A stretch of 64,000 nt of DNA from Phyllobates terribilis (Eukaryota): positions 283,154,001 to 283,218,000 of the forward strand of contig NW_027362764.1 in the NCBI RefSeq assembly GCF_046119375.1. The letters are read 5' to 3'. Below, in pieces: positions 51,024 through 63,713 of this stretch (the first letter of the stretch is position 1; each line of letters begins with the position of its first letter). A program made the position numbers and the translations under genes. The notes under the pieces were generated by a model. That model saw only the letters and a list, made by a program, of their open reading frames with translations. It was not told the origin of the DNA and did no database searches.

Positions 51024-51677
51024 TCAAAACCCCTCTTCGATCCTCCGACCACCGCCACCTAACGCATTTTCAACACCTTCCTGTAAACCGGCTAACAAAA
51101 TATTGTCACCAATTGCGTTCAGATAAACCCCGTCTGCCAACAAAAGATCGCCATTGTTGCCCTCAAGCATACGGTGCTGATCCGCTACACCTCCTGTTGA
51201 ACGTACAAAATGAGACACTCTCATGTTCAATAATCTGCGAGCCCTTTCCAGGGCTGCCAAATCACGAGCTCCTCTCCAGACCCGATGAGGCACTATCTCT
51301 GACCATACCAATACACACCGCTGTGCAAACAAATTTTTAAACCTGTTACAGTTGGTTTTTATCAATCCAATAAGTTCAGCCAATTTTATTCTCCCCAAGT
51401 CATTACCACCAGCATGGATAACCAAGACAACAGGATTTTTACATATCTTGATTATGGCCTCGACCCGATTCAACATTTGAAACCAAGGCAAGCCACAATA
51501 ACCTTCCCAATGACAAACAGTATCTATCTGACCCAACATTGTACGTGAAGGTCGAACCCTTGCCCTCTTTTCTGCCCAATATATATAAGATTGTCCAAAG
51601 ATCCACATGTGGGGAAATGCAACATCTGAAAAGATAAAACCAAAACAAACAACAATTTTAGCAACATGCCTAAACAT
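51024..51677 (-). CDS. SGNH/GDSL-like hydrolase ORF of the Ngaro element (217 aa, stop-free)
   Basis: Block I WIFGQSY, block III VIHAGGNDLG and block V DGVYLN. The canonical G-[DH]-S and DGxH are altered (Q for D/H, Y for the catalytic His). Confidence 0.85.
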   Translation of the reverse strand: MFRHVAKIVVCFGFIFSDVAFPHMWIFGQSYIYWAEKRARVRPSRTMLGQIDTVCHWEGYCGLPWFQMLNRVEAIIKICKNPVVLVIHAGGNDLGRIKLAELIGLIKTNCNRFKNLFAQRCVLVWSEIVPHRVWRGARDLAALERARRLLNMRVSHFVRSTGGVADQHRMLEGNNGDLLLADGVYLNAIGDNILLAGLQEGVENALGGGGRRIEEGF

Positions 51678-51678
51678 C

Positions 51679-51753
51679 TTAGAACAAGTCCGGTCTTACA
51701 TATGTATGAAAACATGATGACTTCCATCTACCCAAATTCCTTATCACGTCATC
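51679..51753 (-). pseudogene. C-terminus of the Ngaro tyrosine recombinase
   Basis: The minus strand reads DDVIRNLGRWKSSCFHTYVRPDLF*, which is the LGRWxS...Y motif carrying the catalytic Tyr. Confidence 0.85.
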
Positions 51754-51755
51754 GC

Positions 51756-54386
51756 TAGTGTTGAGCATTCCGATACTGAAATATCGGGTATCGGCCGATA
51801 TTCGCGGTATCGGAATTCCGATACTTAATTCCGATACTTTTACAATATCGAATACCGGAATCGGAAGTTCCCATAATGCCTGCGCTCTGCAGTGTCTCTG
51901 AAGGATGACAAGCTGGATGGCAGCGCTCAGCTGAGATCCAGCCTGTCATCAGAATGCCATCCCAGCGTGGGAGAATTCTCCTGATCGTTTAAAAGCCGGC
52001 GGGCGGTAAAAAGCCGCCGGCTTTTAAACAATCGCACAGCCCCATACTGCTTCCCCGCAGCCTCCCACCCCGATCCTCCGCTCCCCTCGCCACCTCCCAT
52101 CCCGATCGTAAGTTATGACCGGGCGGGGAGCGCAGCAGCAAGGAGCGGGGAGCGAAGGACCCGGGCAGGGAAGCCGGCAGTGAAAAGACTTCACCGTCGG
52201 CTTTCCCGTTCTGTGCTGCGCTTTCCCGCCGGTTATTTCAAATGAACAGCTGAGGTATCAGGTGATGCCGATCAGCTGTTCATTTGAAGTAGCCGCGGTG
52301 CCCTCAGAGGGTTCACGTCAGTTCATGCTTGACTGCATTGCATGAACTCACATGAACTTTCCCACGGCCGCACAGGTCAGCCACACCTCCCAGACGATCA
52401 GCCCGTCATGATTGGTGTGTGCGGGGTGTCTGTGCGTGTGTCTGCGAGTGTGTGCGGGGTGTCTGTGCGATGTCTGCGGGTGTGTGCGGTGTCTGTGCGA
52501 TGTGTGCGGGTGTGTGCGTGCAGGCAGACATAGGCCGATGTGACACTACTACTCCCATCGGCCTATGTCTGTCCCCCGTCCACTCGTGCCAGCAGGATCA
52601 GCTCGATGGGAGCAGTAGTTCCCATCAGCCTGATCCTGCTATTTAAATTGCCCTACCGTGTCCCCAATAAATTTTAAATACATGTCATTGGTGGCCAGTG
52701 GTTACCTACAATAAATTAGTTTATACATTACCTGTCCCCGCCAATCGCCACCTAAAATAAAGTAAAAAATAAAAAACTACACCTATACTCACCTAGACAC
52801 CTAATTCCCCGAAGCCATCGATCTCCTGTAATAAAATATGAAATAATAAACCACAACCTTATCCTTACCCCTCCGTAGTAGTCCACGAGTGTCCCACGAA
52901 GATCTCCAGTTTAGAGCAGCCACATAGAATGTGACCGCTCTGAACCGCTGCCGCCGCTAGAATGACGGGGCCGTAAAGCAGCCCCGTCATTGCATGAGCG
53001 GGTTCGCCGGAGTTCAGGCAGCGCTGCTCCGGTTAGCTCCTTTACGGCCCTGCTGTATCGTGAGAAATTCCCACGGTACAGCAGTGCCGTAAAGGAGGTC
53101 TCCGGAGCTGCGCTGCCTGAATGCACTCCGGTGACTTCAGTCAGTGGCTCCCGCTGCCGGGAGCGGACGTGTTCCCGGCAGCGTGAGCTTACAGCAGCCA
53201 TGCACAGCTGTCACCATCTCCAGATGTGACAGCTGTGCATGGGAGATCAGCGCAGGAACGTGGACAGGTAACTATTTTTTTTAAGTAAACTAAGAATTAA
53301 ATAAAATTGTGTGTTTTATTTCAAATAAATTATTTTTTTTTGGGTGTAGTGTGTTTTTTCTTTTTAACACTTTGTAGGTTAGTAATGGGGGTGTCTTATA
53401 GACGCCCATCATTACTAACCTGGGCTTCATGGCAGATGGCGCTGACATGAACCCCAACCATATTACCCCCTGCCACTGCACCAGGGCAGTGTGGAAGAGC
53501 GAGGCTAAGTGCCAGAATTGGCGCATCCTACAGATGCGCCATTTCTGGGGCGGCTGACGGCTGGTGTTTCTAGCCTGGGAGGGGGCCAATATTCATGGCA
53601 CCCTTCCTGGGCTATTAATATCAGCCCCCAGCTGTCTGCCTAGCCTTTGCTAGCTATTAAATAGGGGGTACCCCACGTCATTTTTTTGGGGGGTCCCCCA
53701 TTTTAATAGCTAGTAAAGGCTAGGTATTCATCTGGGGGCTGATATTAGTAGTCTGGGAAGATCCATGGGTATTACCCACTTCCCAGGCTTCAAACATCTG
53801 CCCCAGCCGTCTGCTTAACCTCCGCTAGAGACTAAAATTAAGGGGAACCCCACGCCAATTTTTTTTTAAATAAATCCTTTATTTTAACACTAAATGACAA
53901 GTACAGTAATCAACACTGTCACTGTACTTCATATATATGTGACTGACATGTTTCTATCTATCTAATCTATGTATGATTCTCTATTCCTTCTATTCTAAAT
54001 TGTCGGGTACAGATGCCGAATTGCCGCCAGCTTTTTTAAAGAGACGGTGCATGAAAACACTATTATATTTTTAAATAAATCCTTTACACTAAATGACAAG
54101 TACAGTAAGCAACACTGTCACTGTACTTCTTATATATGTGACTGACATGTTTCTATCTATCTAATCTATGTGTGATGCTCTATTCCTTCTATTCTAAATT
54201 GTCGGGTACAGATGCTGAATTGCCGGCCGGCTTTTTTAAAGAGACGGTGCATGCAAACACTATTATATTTTTAAATAAATCCTTTACACTAAATGACAAG
54301 TACAGTAAGCAACACTGTCACTGTACTTCATATATATGTGACTGACATGTTTCTATCTATCTAATCTATGTGTGAAGCTCTATTCT
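51756..54386. mobile_element. Second large non-autonomous hAT element, truncated at the right end
   Basis: Starts tagtgttgagc. ~51880-51985 is the reverse complement of 11163-11270, and ~53355-54386 is the reverse complement of the left arm of the 9352 element, with about three ~187-bp units. Confidence 0.85.
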
Positions 54387-54886
54387 TTCAGTTTTGGGCA
54401 CCACATTTTAAAAAAGACATAGACAAACTGGAGCAAGTTCAGAGAAGAGCGACCAGAATGGTGACTGGTCTGCAAACTATGTCCTATGAGGAACGGTTGC
54501 AGGATTTGGAAATGTTTAGCTTGCAAAAAAGAAGACTGAGAGGAGACTTAATAGCTGTCTACAAATATGTCAAGGGCTGTCACATTGTAGAAGGATCATC
54601 TTTATTCTCATTTGCACAAGGAAAGACTAGAAGCAATGGGATGAAACTAAATGGGAGGAGACACAGATTAGATATTAGAAAAAACTTTTTGACAGTTAGG
54701 GTGATTAATGAGTGGAACAGGCTGCCACGAGAGGTGGTGAGTTCCCCTTCAATGGACGTCTTCAAACAGAGGCTGGACAGACATCTGTCTGAGATGATTT
54801 AGTGAATCCTGCTTTGAGCAGGGGGTTGGACCAGATGACCCAGGAGGTCCCTTCCAACTCTACCATTCTATGATTCTATGATTCTA
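54387..54886 (+). mobile_element. 5'-truncated CR1 LINE 3' end
   Basis: ORF2 C-terminus (FWAPHFKKDIDKLEQVQRRATRM...RRLRGDLI...WNRLP), 3' UTR gtcccttccaactc and an (ATTCTATG)n tail. Confidence 0.95.
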
Positions 54887-57250
54887 AATCCAGCTTGGAG
54901 AATACCTTAGCTCCTACAACCTGGCTAAACAAATCAGGTATCAGAGGAAGAGGGTATGGATCTCGGATGATAATTTGATTTAATTCCCGGAAATCTAACC
55001 AAGGACGTAGACCGCCATCTTTTTTCTTCACAAAGAACCCTGCCGCCACAGGAGAAGATGAGGGCCTAATGTGTCCCTTCTCCACATTTTCCGCAATGAA
55101 ATCCTTCATGGCTTGTCTCTCAGGGCTAGAAAGATTATACAGTCTGTACTTTGGTAGTTTAGCTCCGGGGTTCAGGTTAATAGGACAGTCATATGCATGA
55201 TGAGGAGGCAATTCCTGACACCCCCTCTCAGAAAAAACGTCCTCAAAACCAGACAGAAAAGGAGGTAATATTTTTGTAGAGACAGTAGCAAGGGAAATAT
55301 CTAAATAGTTCTCATGGCTTGCCAATTCACTAACGGATTATGTTTCACCAGCCAGGCGAGACCCAAAACGATTGGGGTGAGAAAACTGTCCAGGACATAG
55401 CAAGGGATTATTTCACAATAAACCGACCCCACCCTCAGTTTTACAGTATGTACAGTCTGAGTAAATGCTTTATGTGCAAGTGTCAATGACGTAGATGGAA
55501 ATAGGTTTAGCTAAAGTACAGCAAGTAAGACCATGAGTTTTCACAAACTCAGCATCTACCATGCTGACTCTGGCTCCACTATCAACAAACACAGAAATTT
55601 TCTCGGTTTTGCTCTCTAGCACCACCTCTGCTGTCAGGACAAACCGGAAACTGCAGGTTGGCAACAAATGCACTCCTTGCTTATCCTCCTCCAGACTACA
55701 AAGAGTTAATTGAGTCTCCTTTTGTTTAGGAATTGAAGGACAGGTCCCAACAAAATGTCCCTTTTTCCAACAAAACAAAACATACACCGTTTTTCTTGCG
55801 AATCTTCGGGGAAATGTAGGATGTAAAGGCCCTCCCCAACTGCATGAGTTCCTCCACCTCCCCCTGCACTGGTTCACCACCAGACTACTCCCCCGGCAGA
55901 GGTACATAACCCCGACAAGAAAGCCCCGGAGAAGGTGGTCTCACCGGTTTGTCCCGAAGGCATATCTCAAGACATATGGCCAACGACATGGCAGCCTCCA
56001 AGGACTGAGGGGTTTCATATACTGCCAAGGCATCTTTCAACCTTTCAGTAAGACCCTCACAAAATTGGCTTCTAAGGGCTGAGTCACTCCATTGAGAATC
56101 CGTTGCCCATCTACGGAATTCAAAACTACGTCTCCACTGACCGATTCCCTTGCTGAAGGCGACGTAGCCTAGACTCAGCCAAGGCGACTCGGTCAAGGTC
56201 ATCATAGATGAGGGCCAGAGCCCCGAAAAACCCCTCCACAGACTGGAGACAAACCGAGTCCTGTGGCAAAGAAAACGCAGTATCTCCCTGCAGTAGAGAG
56301 ATCACAATTCCAACCCGTTGCGCCTCATTTCCAGAGGAGTAAGGACGAAGTTTGAAATACAGTTTGAACGCCTCCTTGAATACAAAAAATTGTACCTACC
56401 TCCTGAAAACCTGTCTGGGAGGGCAATCTTGGGTTCAGGCTGGACAGGCCCACCTGCTGAGACCCCCACATTAGCGACCTGTAGCCACTGATACTGTTTC
56501 TGAACCTCACAGCGGAGATTATTCACCTCCAGAGACAGACTGCGCAGCCGCTCTGCGAGCTCTGCAACTGAAACCATTCCGAGGAAGAAAAGAAAAATAA
56601 ACTCCACGCCTAAAAAACACACAAAAAAAAACACCAAATGTCAGTATTTTTTTACTTTTTCAAAATATGTACGGCCAGCGATAATGTCACGCAAGGTGTA
56701 GGAAAGACTAAGTGCAACACGAAGGGAAATGGGAAAAGGGGGCCCAGACTCTAGAGAAAGGGGTAGTGGAAAGCTCCTAGGCTGACCTATATCACCCTGT
56801 CTCCCCCAAACGTCCCTATATTGGTTCCGCACTAATCGCCGAACAGGAACCTTGCCCTGTCTTTCCCTGGCATTTAGCCCTGGCTAGGGAAGGGAGGGGA
56901 TGAGCGTTAGACGATCCCCACTGACAACTAAAGACCACAAGGGAGAACAAACAAGGGAAGACAGCTTAGCTTTAGTCAACTTCAGAGAGATGAACACGTG
57001 TCTTCTTAGCACCAGAGAGGAAGAAGTACTGCACTAGCTCCAAGACTTCACAAGGGGTCATGTGAGTATCGCCGGCACCTCCTTCTAGCAAATAGCAGGT
57101 ATTTATACACCCAGTCCAGGGTGTTAATCAGCAAGAGGAAGGTGGGTCCTAGAGAGACAGCTTCTAGGAAGGTGTCTGTAATGCCAAACTAAGAGATCTC
57201 CTGCAACCACTGCAGGGCAACTGTCTGTCACTTCTCACACACCTGTGACA
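54885..57250 (-). mobile_element. Truncated Ty3/gypsy (sushi/chromovirus-like) element: 5' LTR, gag, protease and the start of RT
   Basis: LTR 56685-57250 (tgtcac...gtgaca). gag from 56577 (PEPKIALPDRFSG; retrotrans-gag helices; degenerate CCHC), protease VDSGA and RT N-terminus (SSPVAAGFFVKKKDGGLR...SKLDL), cut off at the CR1 tail. Confidence 0.92.
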
Positions 57251-60200
57251 TCATGTGGTCAATCAGCCATACACCATTGTAAGTCAAAAAAGCCCCAAAA
57301 CTGAAATGACTTGCATCAGTCAAAAGCCGTAACTCGACACTCGATGCTTCCGACTGCTGACAAACCCATCAAAGATATATAAAAAGGTTTGCCATACCAA
57401 CAAATCTTCTTTAATAACTCTAGAAATGCTCACAAAATGATCGGGCTTCTGCACAACTTTGATTGCCAAGGAAAGACGCCTAGAAAAAACACGTCTTATG
57501 GGGATTATTCGACAAGCAAAAACTAGTAAACCTAAGAGCGATTGTACCTGCTTCAACTTGGCTTTTTTAACTGCCACAAACTGATCAATCAAAGAAGTCA
57601 ACCTTGTTAATTTTTCCTCTGGCAAGCGAAAAACCATCTCTACCATATACAGCTCAATGCCTAAAAAGGAAAGCTTCGTGACTGGACCCTCTGTTTTTTC
57701 TTCAGCAATTGGTACACCTATCCTGTCCATTAAACGCCGAAAAATGTGCAACATATAAGCACATGTATTGGCATTCTCCGGATCTATGAATAAGAAGTCA
57801 TCCAAGTAGTGTATAACTGATGGGATGCCTGACTCAAAACGTACCATCCACTCCAAGAATGATGAAAAAACTTCAAATTAATAACATGAGATGGAGCATC
57901 CCATGGGCAAACACATGTCAACAAAGTAAAACACATCTAAAGTGCAACCTAGACGATGATAACATGAAGAATGGACTGGTAACAAACGAAATGCTGATTC
58001 GATGTCTGATTTTGGTAATAATTCTCGTTTACCATATCGACGCACCCATTGTACTGTGACGTCGAAAGATGTATATGACACCGCCGCTTCTTTCTTTGAT
58101 ATCGCATCATTGACAAACTCGCCACGCGGATGCTATAAATGCTGTATGAGACTGATTTTACCCGCTTCTATATTAGGAACAAAACCAAGAGGAGATACCC
58201 TTAAATTACTAAAAGGGGGAAAGAAAAAAGGCCCGCCATGTGAGACGCGCTTAATTCTTTCAATATCTTTTTTCTAGTCTCCTCTGGTTGTCCGAAAACT
58301 GATTTTACTGGGGATGGATGAAAAGGAGTACGAAAACCGCCCAAAAAGCCTTCAATTAGTATGTTTGCCTACTCTTTCCGCGGGTATTGGTCTAGCCAAT
58401 ACCGCATCATGTTGATGCGCACTTGCCTTTGTGTCGGTACCGGGTCCTGCAGTTTTTTTCAAGCTGCTTGACTCTTCTAAAGCAACGGATTGAGAAATGG
58501 GCACCGCCACATATGGTGCACTCCTGCCGAAATTTGCATGTTGCAAAGAACATGCAATGCCCTTATCTGAATAGCAAACAGGTTCCTGTGGGGCGCTGTG
58601 CCGCTGAGGAAGACACCGAGGCTCCTGCAGCAGCTCCCCCGTGAAAGGGGCAAGACTGTGGACACTGCGATATAATCGAATCTATCCACGCATCTGTTGT
58701 CTTAGCTGCCCAACCAATTGCAGGGGATAAGGCCAACTGACGCCGGATTTCTTCATCATAGCGCCACCAAGGTACACCACCATGCAGCTTGTAGGTGCTA
58801 TAAATAGTGTCTAAATACACAAAAAAGCTCCACCCCTTTCTCAGGAAAATGCTGCGCATGGGAAAACCCTTAAATCCAATTCCCCAAATTTTTTGCCACC
58901 CTGGGTTTTTGGCAGAACAATGCTCAAAATTCCGTCCTCTGTCTACAGTCACCTATCAATGGGTACAAGGGACCAAACATTGACGAATTTGTGCTTGATG
59001 ATTTTTTTCCCTCGTTTCCGTGGACACATGGATACCCAGAGGGGCCACCCCACAAAACATCGAATCCTGAAAAGCAAAATTGGCGCCTAAGTCTGGGTCA
59101 CCAGGCGGAACCATAGATTCCCTTGTAGGACCTGTTTGCAATGGCCTGCCATCCCTCTGCTCAAATTTTGCTAAAAAAACTTTTAAAGTATCAAGGAAAT
59201 TATCGTATGGGTTAACTTGACTATTAATTACTGCCGAGGGCCAAGCCCCATTGCAGGTTGACTCACCCCCAGCAGGCATTTCAGGTGTACCAACTGCTGC
59301 CTCAGGCTGTGGTGGTAAAAAGGATCCTTCAGCCATTGCTTCAGTGAGACTGGACATTGGTCTTGCTTCACTAGAGCCAGGCTGATCCCTTGAATCCTGA
59401 TGTCCATCACTATGATATTTCTTGCCTTGACGTCTCTTCTGGCGACCTCTACCAGGGGACGATTCCACTGTATAAGTGGATGATGACGATGGCTCTGAGA
59501 GTGATGATGGATCATCCTGACAATGCATGCTTCCTTCAATGACAGGCCTGCGGTACTCTCTCCTGTGTTTTCGTCGCTGATAACGACTGCTGCGAGCACC
59601 TCTGCTAGTCACTGCCTGTGAAAGGTAAATCGGCCTGGTACTGGACAACCTAGAAGCTTGCCTCCATGCCCCGTTTGAACCCCTGTTCCTCTGCATGTCA
59701 ACCTTCAGGGACAAGAGGGTCTCTATGATGCTGGGAAACATAAGTGACGCGCCCAGGGGATGGGGACGACTCGGCGCCCGGGCCTTGTTGTTGCCAGACT
59801 CTGGGGGATGTCGCGGTGGTCGACTCCCGGGCCCGTACCCTGGGGTCACTCTTAAAAGAAGGGGGGAAGTTGTATGGGATAGGGGAATGTTCGTGACGCC
59901 ACCTGTGGTGTCTGGTGAGGATCACCAGTGCTGCGACAGTCCTCTGAGGCCAGTATTTAGGCAGCTTAGTTGGAGCGGGGCCTCAGGGCAGCGTGAGTGA
60001 GAGAGATGCAGGACAGAGGGGACCCAGCCGGGTCAGAGGAAGAATAGGCACACACACGACAGTTCACTTCAGTACCTTTACTGGTGGTGTTTCTGGCACG
60101 GTCCAGGGTACTTCAGGGTGAAGGGTGCATATCAGGACTCTCCCCAGTGAGCGGGTGTGGGGCCTCTTGTTCTTTGCCTTTCCTTGATAAGTTTCTGACC

Positions 60201-61560
60201 TGCCTGGAGCTAGGCCTAACTTGGTCTCTGTCTTGCACCTGCTGACCTGGTGGTAGGGCCTTCTGTTGGAGATCACACTCCCTGGTCTCTTGGGCCTCCA
60301 TGACTCCTGACCCTGGTATAACGGTCAGCTTTTGGTGTTCCTGGGACATATAGTTCCCCAGGGGTTCCGGTTGTTTCTGCTGGATGTAAGGAATCCCTGC
60401 AGACGCGGACCCGGTGTCCGGTAAATGGTTTTGGGGTGAGCCGGTTAAGCTCCTCTGCCCCCTATGTAGCTTGCTTACTCCACTCGCCTTCGGCCACGCT
60501 CGGGGCCCTCACTAGGCTTCACACTGGCAGTAGGCCTCGCTACTCTTCACCGCTCTTTTGGCGTCGGCACGCCCTAGGCTCACTAACTAGAGCTCTCTGA
60601 GTCTGGACTGACCTGACAACCTCTCTGGCTGCAGCAGACTTCACACAGACTTCACTCTCTGTGGACTCCAGACTGAACTGCCTAGCTCCACCTTCCCTTT
60701 ATATATCCCTAACGGGTTCCCTCTGGTGGTCTGAGGTGGAAGGTGGAGGTGTGTGAATGCTATGAGGGCCTCTTGTGGAGGAATCCGTCCATGCACCCCT
60801 CTGGGATTTGTGGCACCAATGCGCAGCAGGGCGCCACATAAGGGATGAACTATGAGCAGGTCCATCTCCCCTTAACTACACTATAGTATTGTCCCTCTTA
60901 GCTACAGGTAGCTAAGGGGTGTAACAACTCCCATGGTTGGGATCCACAGCACTCCTTTTATTTCTTCTCTAGTAACCAGACCTCCTCCCTTTATTTGTAT
61001 GGGAAGAGGATTTTTTATTAGTACTAGGCTGCCTCCCAGATGTATTCTCAGCTACAGTGTAGACGGTAGCTTCCATAACTAAAGGCCCAGTTTCCTCATG
61101 ACTGGAAATCCTGCCCCCACCGCTTGCTAATGCAGGCCCGAGTGCCCTTGGATGTGAGGACCTTCTCCGTCTGTCGTTACTCCTGCATACCACCGGCATT
61201 GCATTCCCCGAGGTGAGTCCTGGCTCAGCACACCCGAGGATGATCCGCAACCGCGGGTCTCACAACTTCTGCGCTAGGCTGGGCTGACACACAGTCCTGC
61301 TCAGGCGAATGCAGCCGCAGCTCACTTAGCAGATGGGTGGGGACTGGATAACAACTGGGTCGGCGTGCACACTCTCCGGTGGGGACTGGTCAATAAGCGG
61401 GTAGGTGCGCGCACCCTCCAGTGAGGCCTACCGCGAGGTCCTGGAGAGCTATCGGATCCGAGCTGGATGGAGTCCTCAGCACCAGGCCTTTTATCTGCTT
61501 AATTGAGAATGACATAACGAAGGGATTGCCCACACCTGTCCATGAAATAGCCTTGGAGTC
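57251..61560 (-). mobile_element. 5' part of a Ngaro-type retrotransposon: ORF1/gag with Cys-rich finger, RT and the start of RNase H (decayed)
   Basis: Gag WWRYDEEIRRQLA plus CLLFR*GHCMFFATCKFRQECTICGGAHFSIRC (~58478-58595). RT VSPLGFVP, KSDIESAFRLLP, LPMGCSIS and HYLDDFLF. RNase H LTDAS near 57320. The 5' boundary is approximate. Confidence 0.88.
59745..60838 (-). mobile_element. Solo LTR (1,094 bp) related to the 2737-7451 LTRs
   Basis: The plus strand starts tgacgcgccc and ends gcgccaca. 4-bp TSD taag at 59741-59744 and 60839-60842. TATA-like gggatatataaagg (minus strand) at ~60695-60708. Confidence 0.9.
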
Positions 61561-61570
61561 AATTGTCCAA

Positions 61571-61782
61571 TTACTTTCGGTCCCTTTAAAAACAGGGTGG
61601 CACATGTTAAGGAGCTGAAACTCCCAAACCCTTCATCCAATTTTAATGTGGATACCCTCAAATGAAAGCTGAAAGTCTGAACTTCAACTGCATCTGAATT
61701 GTTTTGTTTAAAATTCATTGTGGTAATGTCTAGAACCAAAATTAGAAAAATGTTGTCTATGTCTAAATATATATGGACCTAA

Positions 61783-61785
<3 letters not shown>
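61571..61785. mobile_element. Terminal fragment of a Tc1-like element followed by (TA)n at 61786-61835
   Basis: Ends ...tatatatggacctaactg followed by a TA run; the left boundary is approximate. Confidence 0.6.
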
Positions 61786-61839
<54 letters not shown>

Positions 61840-63713
61840 TTTTGAATATTGTTCTGAGCAGGATTAAACTTGAACTGGCTGGGATCAGAGATAACGCAGA
61901 TCCTAGTCAGTAACACTTTATAAACCATGGTCAATGGTCACAGCATTTAAGCTGTTAGACTTTCCATAATATGATAGCCGAGTGCCAGAGGTTTATCATG
62001 ACATGTACGGGATTAATAGGATAACCGGAGAATACACAACAATACCAAAGTACAAGACCTCATACATCTCAATCAGAATTTTTGAACTTTGAATTAGCAC
62101 TCTGACAATATAAGTGAGAAAAATAATTTCATTGATATTCTTTCTAAAGGAAGTCTATCTGGTGAGTCTTTCAGTCTTTTTTCATTTGTACTGATGACCA
62201 TTTTATTGCCTTGTTTGATGTTCATCGTATTGTCAGAAATCATATTTTTTATGTATGGTTTGAACCTATCTAATAAAAACTAAACATACAACTGAAAAAA
62301 CTAGCTTTAAAAATATTCTCTCTCTACAATTATTATTTACCTTCTGCTTGACCTTTAGAGGGTCTTCTTGTCAGTAAGCTCACAGTCTTGTGAATTTATT
62401 TTGTTCAAACCAAAGTTGAAGGGGCAGGTGTGAAATAACCTCTAGGCTCTCACAGACATTATTTTGGTATGATGTGCCCATAATTTCTGTGTTACTTTTC
62501 TACTTGTCATGTTTAATGGAATAGTAGAACTGAACTAAATGGTTACTGTAAGTGGTGTCAATAAACTTGTTCATTCAGACCAATGAATTTCTATAAATGA
62601 GGATATTTTCATGTTATATCTATAATGAACGTATCAGGCTGATAAAGTGTAGGAGTATAATTCCCTTTGCCCCATGTACTGCTCATAGTACAGCATAAGA
62701 TATACTTTTCATTTATTTTTTCATGAATGTTTCATATCGAGGGCCGGTTTTAGATAAATTGTAGCCTCAGGCAAAATTCAAAGTCTGACCCTAGATTCTG
62801 AAATACAGCACCAACAACAGCATTACAATCAATATATTACATTCAAATGCGTTTTTGGCTAGTAATAATCTATAAATATCCAAGAAACCATACAAAGCAG
62901 AAAAGAATAAAATCACAATCCACAGATTAAAACATATCACACAGCTGTGTTCTTTGTAGGCGCTTAAAATACAGTTGCTCAGGTGTAACCACTCACCGCC
63001 ATTATGATTGTCACATATGTGATATACTTGAAAATGGCATTTAAAGGTTGGCAAATTATTTAGATATACTGGGAAGAAATAATTCCCTCTATGACAGTTT
63101 TCTGGCATCAAAAAGTCTTTAAATTTGTCAACTTTTGTTTTCCTGCTTGCGCTGGCCCTTGTCATTTTGTCAAAATGGGTGGAGATAGCAAAAAGGGGGT
63201 GGCCAATCATTATGCAATAAATTTATTATAATGTACACCAGAAAATTATTTCAGAAACCTATGCTAGCTCATACTTGTCACATAGGTATTCACCTCTAGG
63301 GGCGTAACTGGGTGCAGGAGTTGCAGCTGCATTCCGGCCCAAGAGCCTAGGAGCACACAAAAGGTCCTTTTGGCCCATGTCAGAAGATCACTTTTATTTA
63401 AGACTTGTGATAGCCAGGGGCCAAATAGAGTTGTTACATTGTAGCACATGAGCTTCAAGGTATGTCACTGTTCACCTCTTCTTACATTCACTGACTTTTT
63501 GTTCATATCTGGCATATGAGAATCACGTCTTAATAATGTCCTTCCACAAGATATAAATAGGGTGAGAAAAATGGAAAAAGAATCTAGGGAGATTTAAAGT
63601 GAAGCATACAAATGTTATTTCACATTATAATAGGTTTCTTGCAATTTTAGCACTTTTAGGATCCCTCTGCAGACTTTTATAGATGGCAGTCTAGTAGTTT
63701 GAAAGTTATTATA

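Larger units (their letters stand above)
50325..51755 (-). mobile_element. 3' part of a Ngaro-type (DIRS order) retrotransposon: tyrosine-recombinase C-terminus, SGNH ORF and B1-A2-B2 terminal structure
   Basis: Diverged ~200-bp direct repeats at 50325-50527 and 50811-51011 flank a ~280-bp spacer, immediately after the SGNH stop. Confidence 0.85.

Noticed and set aside
58956-59849. 297-aa ORF as an independent gene
   Set aside because: Its start lies inside the solo LTR; the rest is the interrupted low-complexity N-terminal part of Ngaro ORF1.
62791-63210. 139-aa minus-strand ORF containing a GTGAGT donor-like site
   Set aside because: No recognisable domain or clear acceptor; compatible with chance in AT-rich DNA.
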